NCBI RefSeq assembly: GCF_009914755.1
Contig: NC_060927.1
Source of the DNA: the human T2T-CHM13v2.0 reference genome, Homo sapiens
Length of the DNA stretch: 64,000 nt
Direction: 5' to 3' (one strand)
Shown one piece after another: positions 58,860-64,000 of the stretch (the first letter of the stretch is position 1; each line of letters opens with the position of its first letter). The notes below the pieces were generated by a model. The model did not search any database, was not told where the DNA came from, and saw nothing but the letters and a program-made list of their open reading frames with translations. A program made the position numbers and the translations under genes.

Positions 58860-59345
58860 ATAAGCCTTCACCATAAAGCCTCTCCAACAGGCCTTGTAAC
58901 TATAATGGCACTAGCAGGTGCCGCCACAATAAAGAAGCCAGCCTCCCCATGAACAAATAGTAAATTAAAAAAATCAATCAATCTGCAATCTCAGTTCTGG
59001 CCCCAGCGTCACTTCCAATAATGACAAACTCAGGGTTTGTCAGTGCATCGTTAATAGGTTAAAGACCTTCAGATGATTCTTTTAAAGTAAACCAGGCAAA
59101 TTGGCTCCTTTTTTCCCCACAAGTGCCGCTTTGGAATTGGCATATAAATGCTGATGGGACTCATGGCCTGAGGGCAAGTCCTCTGGCCCTAAAAGCTGGC
59201 AGGAAATGGCAGGAGTTTGCAGGGTGGGCTGGTGACTCATGATGTGCTGTGGCATATCTTTGAGGAGAGCCAAGAAAGAGTCATTTATTCCTTGGGGCGT
59301 GAAGTCATTCAGCCTGGTGGGGCCCATGTGACTCACCTAGCCTCA
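58860..59345. promoter_or_regulatory. Candidate enhancer (AP-1/ETS/CTCF-like motifs)
   Basis: TGACTCA at 59233 and 59329, CAGGAAAT at ~59200, TATAAAT at 59143, ctagcaggtgccgc at 58911; repeat-free. Confidence 0.35.
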
Positions 59346-59834
59346 AAATGTCATCTTTACCCCCTCCTGCTTCTTCCCTCTCTCCTCTTTCTAGAGGTTT
59401 GTGACCTACGATGGACTCCCCAGGACATGTAAACTGCTTTCTCACTTTTCTGCTTCCATTTCTGCTCCCCCTTCTCATTCCTGTTCCTGTTCTGAGACTG
59501 TCCACACCCTTTCTCATACTCTTCCTCACTGAAGCAATAATGGCCGGTCCAAGTTCTTCTCTGGCTTGGAGCTGCTGTGACAGACTGTTCATTTGCTTAT
59601 GTAGGTCTGTCCCTGAAGAATAGTTCGAGAACCTTCTGCGGAATTTCAACCTTACTTGAAGTTGGATTATGTGCTATATTTCAGACAGCCATAATTCCAC
59701 GCAGCTTTGTGTTGGGTCACAGATGTTTGCTATCTGGGCTCTGAAGTTTTTACGGAAGAGTTTATGTGTGATTTTTAACCCCAAGTGTTGCTGTGGTGCT
59801 AGGACTTAAAATTCTGCTCTGTCAGGATTCAGGT

Positions 59835-60005
59835 GCTGTAACTGAGATTTGTCCAGAGCGGTGGTTCTCCAAGTTTCCTGTGTGTAGGAAGGAGCTGGGG
59901 TTGTTTAAAAGCGCCGGTTCTGAATCAGTAGGTCTGACACAGAGCCCAAGAACCTGCATCTCTAACGAGCTCCCATGTGAGGCTCATGCTCACACTTTGA
60001 GTAGC
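59835..60005. mobile_element. MER5-like MITE
   Basis: gcggtggttctccaagt...ttctgaatcagtaggtctg...cccaagaacctgcatctctaacgagctccca...cacactttgagtagc. Confidence 0.75.
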
Positions 60006-60892
60006 AAGAGCTAGTGTGAGGTGACTTGGGGAATCTCAGAAATATCCCATATTTTTCTTCTGGAGATGTGTGAAAATTGCCACTGGTTGATAATGAAACA
60101 TATGACTCCTTTTTTCCCCCTAGTATTTTCCTAGAACTTATCTCTTCAACCAAAGCACTAAATATTTTGCCACATAGCCAATGAAAAATGAATCATGTAG
60201 GGATTTTACATGTTTTCTTAGTTATGATTGCTTTAAAAATAGTGTTAGCACAGCATTCTTGTGTCCATGTGTAAATTAGAAATTTAAAAAACCAACCAAA
60301 TCAAACAACTGTACATAACAACATATAAAGATAAGTTAGTTTCCTATATCACTTCTACACAATTGGAGGCATTCTTCCTTGGATCAGGGAGGGGATTTGT
60401 GGATGATTCATATTGGGAGGAGGGTGGTATGTGTAAAACAAAAAGTGAGAGCTGTATTTACTAAAAATTTTAATCTATCATTGAATGAAAGTTTCTTTAC
60501 CCCCATTTCATATGTTTTCATTTTCATGCTGATAAAGGAAGAAAAAGTTTGACTTCCTCCCTCCTGTTAGACACACTTTAAATCAGTCCTTCTATCTTTA
60601 AATCTTTGCCTTGGGCAATAATCACCATAAAAAGGAACAGATCCGAGGTGCTGAGATAGTTCACCCAATTTAGGCTACCACTTTACTAAAACACCTGTAA
60701 GACACATCTAGCTGGTATTTTTAAACAATATTTTTCAATTTGGCTTTAGTTTTTTGGACAATTTCCTGGAGTGTATTTTCTTACTCTACCAGAAGTGTTT
60801 AGAATTGGATAATACAGTAATTTAGAAAAGAAAACAATAGATAGAGATTCTAACATAAAACTGAGCATTGGGATTCAAATCCATACATGTAA

Positions 60893-60894
<2 letters not shown>

Positions 60895-60932
<38 letters not shown>
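60895..60932. repeat. (GT)19 microsatellite
   Basis: Read directly. Confidence 0.97.
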
Positions 60933-60936
<4 letters not shown>

Positions 60937-61659
60937 GTTTCTGTTGTTGTTACTTGAGGGTATAGATGGTGGTAGAAGGCTATGGGAGAATTGGAAAAGC
61001 ACTGAATATGTCTACTGTTTTAGTTCCCAAATCATGTAAGTCCTCTGAGGCACGGTTTTCTCATCCTTAAGATGGGAATGGTAAGTGGTACAGTATAGTT
61101 GCCTACTTCATATCTTTTTTGCAAATCAAATGAGAGAATGATTGTTTTGAAAATCATGAAATGATGCACAGAAATGAAATGAGTGACCTATGGTCAAAAG
61201 CTGAATTTCATCAAGGTAGGACTCAAAATACAGGTATAAGGACATTCCGCAAATACTCCAGTCTTGTGGCCCTTATACCCTGTGTGTTCTTTAATAGTTA
61301 AATAAATTGGTTCAAGTCCTGATTCCACATTCACATATGGTGAAAGACAGTGAACTCACTCACCTCACAAGCTTCAGGCCAACATCTATGGAGAGTCTCA
61401 AAGGACTTATATTTCTTGTGGTCACCTCCTTCGATTACTTTTACCTACTGAATTTCTGATTTCCTTCACATCTTGCCTTCTGTGGTTGGTCTTTTAACTC
61501 TGTCCCACACCATCCCTTTTGCTTGGGCTTTTTAAGGCAACTACTTACACCAAGTGGTTGTATGTTCATTGTCATTTTGCTGGTGATAAAAAGGCTTCCT
61601 TGCAGCAGTCCTAGCAAAGCAGATGCATCAAGTGCTGAAATAGTTCACCCATTTGAGTG

Positions 61660-61745
61660 ATAAGCACATCTCAATTTGGACCAGTCACATTTCAAGTGTT
61701 CCATAGCCATATGTTGCTAGTGGCTACCATCTTGGATAGCATAGC
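61660..61745. mobile_element. MER33/MER3-like half element
   Basis: agcacatctcaatttggaccagtcacatttcaagtg...atagccatatgttgctagtggctaccatcttggatagc. Confidence 0.8.
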
Positions 61746-61836
61746 TTTAGCACCACAAAGCACTGCTCTAAATTTTGAAATTACCACTCCTTCTTTAATG
61801 TGGGACATTTGGAATCTCAGGTAGAAGTGGAAAGAT

Positions 61837-62197
<361 letters not shown>

Positions 62198-62559
62198 CTA
62201 TCACAAATACATTATAATTAGGGATATATACACACCAGTTTCTAATACTAGTCGTTCTTTTCAACCCTAATCCAAATTTTCCTAGTCAGGTTTGGGAACC
62301 ATTACCCTTTTCCACTAGCTAACCACACAGCTGTTTTGGTGATCTTGCCCTCTGATCCTTTCATCATTCAAGGCTCATTTCATGTTCCCATTTCTAAGAA
62401 GTACCTGACCGCTCCTGTCTTCATCTACTCCAAACCTCTCTAACATATGGAGTCCAGGCCATATGCCCTAGCTTTTAAGTATGTTGCATTTTGTGTCACT
62501 TATCGTTGTTTCACATGCATGTATACTTGTTTTCACAACTAGATTATATGACACATCAT

Positions 62560-62860
62560 GGCTTAGAGGGAAGTACACGGGTCTGGGCTTCTGTCCTGTC
62601 TCTACTGCTTGCAGGCTGTGTGCCCTTAGATGACAACTTAGCCTCCTTGTTTCTCCAGTATATAGAGCACATACTATGTACTTCACAGGATCTTCATGAA
62701 TATTAAATGCAAGAATGTACTCCTAAAGCCTATCCCTTAGTAGCTTCTCCATGAACAATTAATGATATGTCTCCTAATTGCTCCTGATTTATTGAGCACC
62801 TACCAAATACCAGGCACAGCCCTAAGTCCTGGGGATACAGTTGTGAACAAGGCAGGATTA
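62560..62860. mobile_element. MIR fragment followed by an L2 3' fragment
   Basis: ggctgtgtgcccttaga...cttagcctcc; tttattgagcacctacc...ccaggcacagccctaagtcctggggatacag. Confidence 0.6.
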
Positions 62861-64000
62861 GGATTCCTTTTTTGGGAATAGGGACCATGGGTTATGTCTC
62901 TGTTTTATTTCATGTTGTAAAATAGATTGTAGAATGTATTATAAGCATTTAACAAATGCTTGTTTAGGTAACATTATAGTCAAAATACAGAACAAAAATA
63001 TGAGTCCACTGTGAGTTTGATGTGGGTTTGGTATCTACTGGCTAGGGTAAAATGGGTTTTCAATTTCTGTTTGGTTTCTTTCTCAGAAGGTATTCTTCAG
63101 AGGGTGTATAGTTTGACTGAGTGTCAATATGTTGTATTTTAAGTGGTATTTTGACAGCTCGAGATCAAATTTACTTTCCTGTATGTTTCACTTGAATATC
63201 ATTCTAGGTTGTTTTAGTGTTTAGTCTGTATTGCCAATGGGCACTCAAAACATTGAAAATTACATGGAAGGGCTATGGAACACAGGAAATTTTAGAACAG
63301 GAAATCTCTGTAAGTCTAGCTGAGTCTACAATTGTGGCACCCCATAATTATTTTCCTTTGTAATGCTTATCTCCTTAAAATATATAGTATTTGTATAAAT
63401 ACACATGTATATATGAACACTACATATGTATTAGCCATCTGAACCTGCATAGTAGATTGCACTGTGCATTTACCTCTCTCTTTGTAAAGAAATCCCACTA
63501 AAACTTATTTAATACCATGTTCTTTCTGGGCTTAAGTACATGACCCTTTTTTCTGTTTTCTTTTTGGCATTTAGCCTTTGCAAATCTTCCTTTATTTTGC
63601 TACCTTGGAATTGAGGATGTTCTTAGTGAATTCCCTTTACATTTTCTTTTTTTAATAGAGGAAAGTAGAGCAACTGTGTTTCCAACCTTTGTAAATAATT
63701 AAGGTCCTTGAGTCCTTGTATCATTCTGGTTGCCCTCTGTTGTACCTTCTTGATTTCAATAATATTCTTTTCATATTAATGCGATCTGTCTTGTAGGACT
63801 GCTCTTGCTACATTCCAAATGGAGACTCTCTTTCAGCCCCTTCCATTATAATGCAATAATTGTTGTTGACCTGTATTCTCTGGTTGTGCACCCAGGATTC
63901 CATTTCTTATTCTTCAGCTGCTGGAATTTTCCCCTACTCCTTTTTCTTTCTATGCTTTCTTTATTATCCAAATGACTCATTAAGCTGTAAACTTCAGGGC

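Noticed and set aside
63270-63980. Possible ancient CR1/L3 remnant
   Set aside because: Similarity is too faint to call by eye; it needs an nhmmer/Dfam search.

Overview
AT-rich, CpG-depleted primate genomic DNA. AluY/AluS, THE1 and young L1PA elements point to a catarrhine, probably human, genome. The window looks intergenic or intronic: no protein-coding gene, RNA gene, CpG island or CRISPR array can be supported, and the listed ORFs are repeat-derived or of chance length. Much of it is layered transposable-element fossil (Alu, L1/HAL1, L2, MIR, CR1/L3, MaLR and ERVL LTRs, hAT and Tigger MITEs). Subfamily names come from remembered consensus sequences and need RepeatMasker/Dfam confirmation. 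The unexpected structure is a set of non-tandem local duplications that retrotransposition does not explain. (1) An old inverted ~480 bp copy (23720-24592 vs 27917-28402) carries the same L2/MLT1 junction. (2) A ~1.06 kb Alu-containing block (34349-35408) is pasted 3.9 kb downstream into an old L1M (38239-39328). (3) A 395 bp block (51936-52330) is pasted 1.4 kb downstream into an MLT1A LTR (53336-53735), with TA on both sides. Several small fold-back or templated scars accompany these. A few repeat-free, CpG-retaining, motif-rich segments are candidate enhancers. I found no evidence of a new protein-encoded system; the best candidate for novelty is this concentration of templated insertions.
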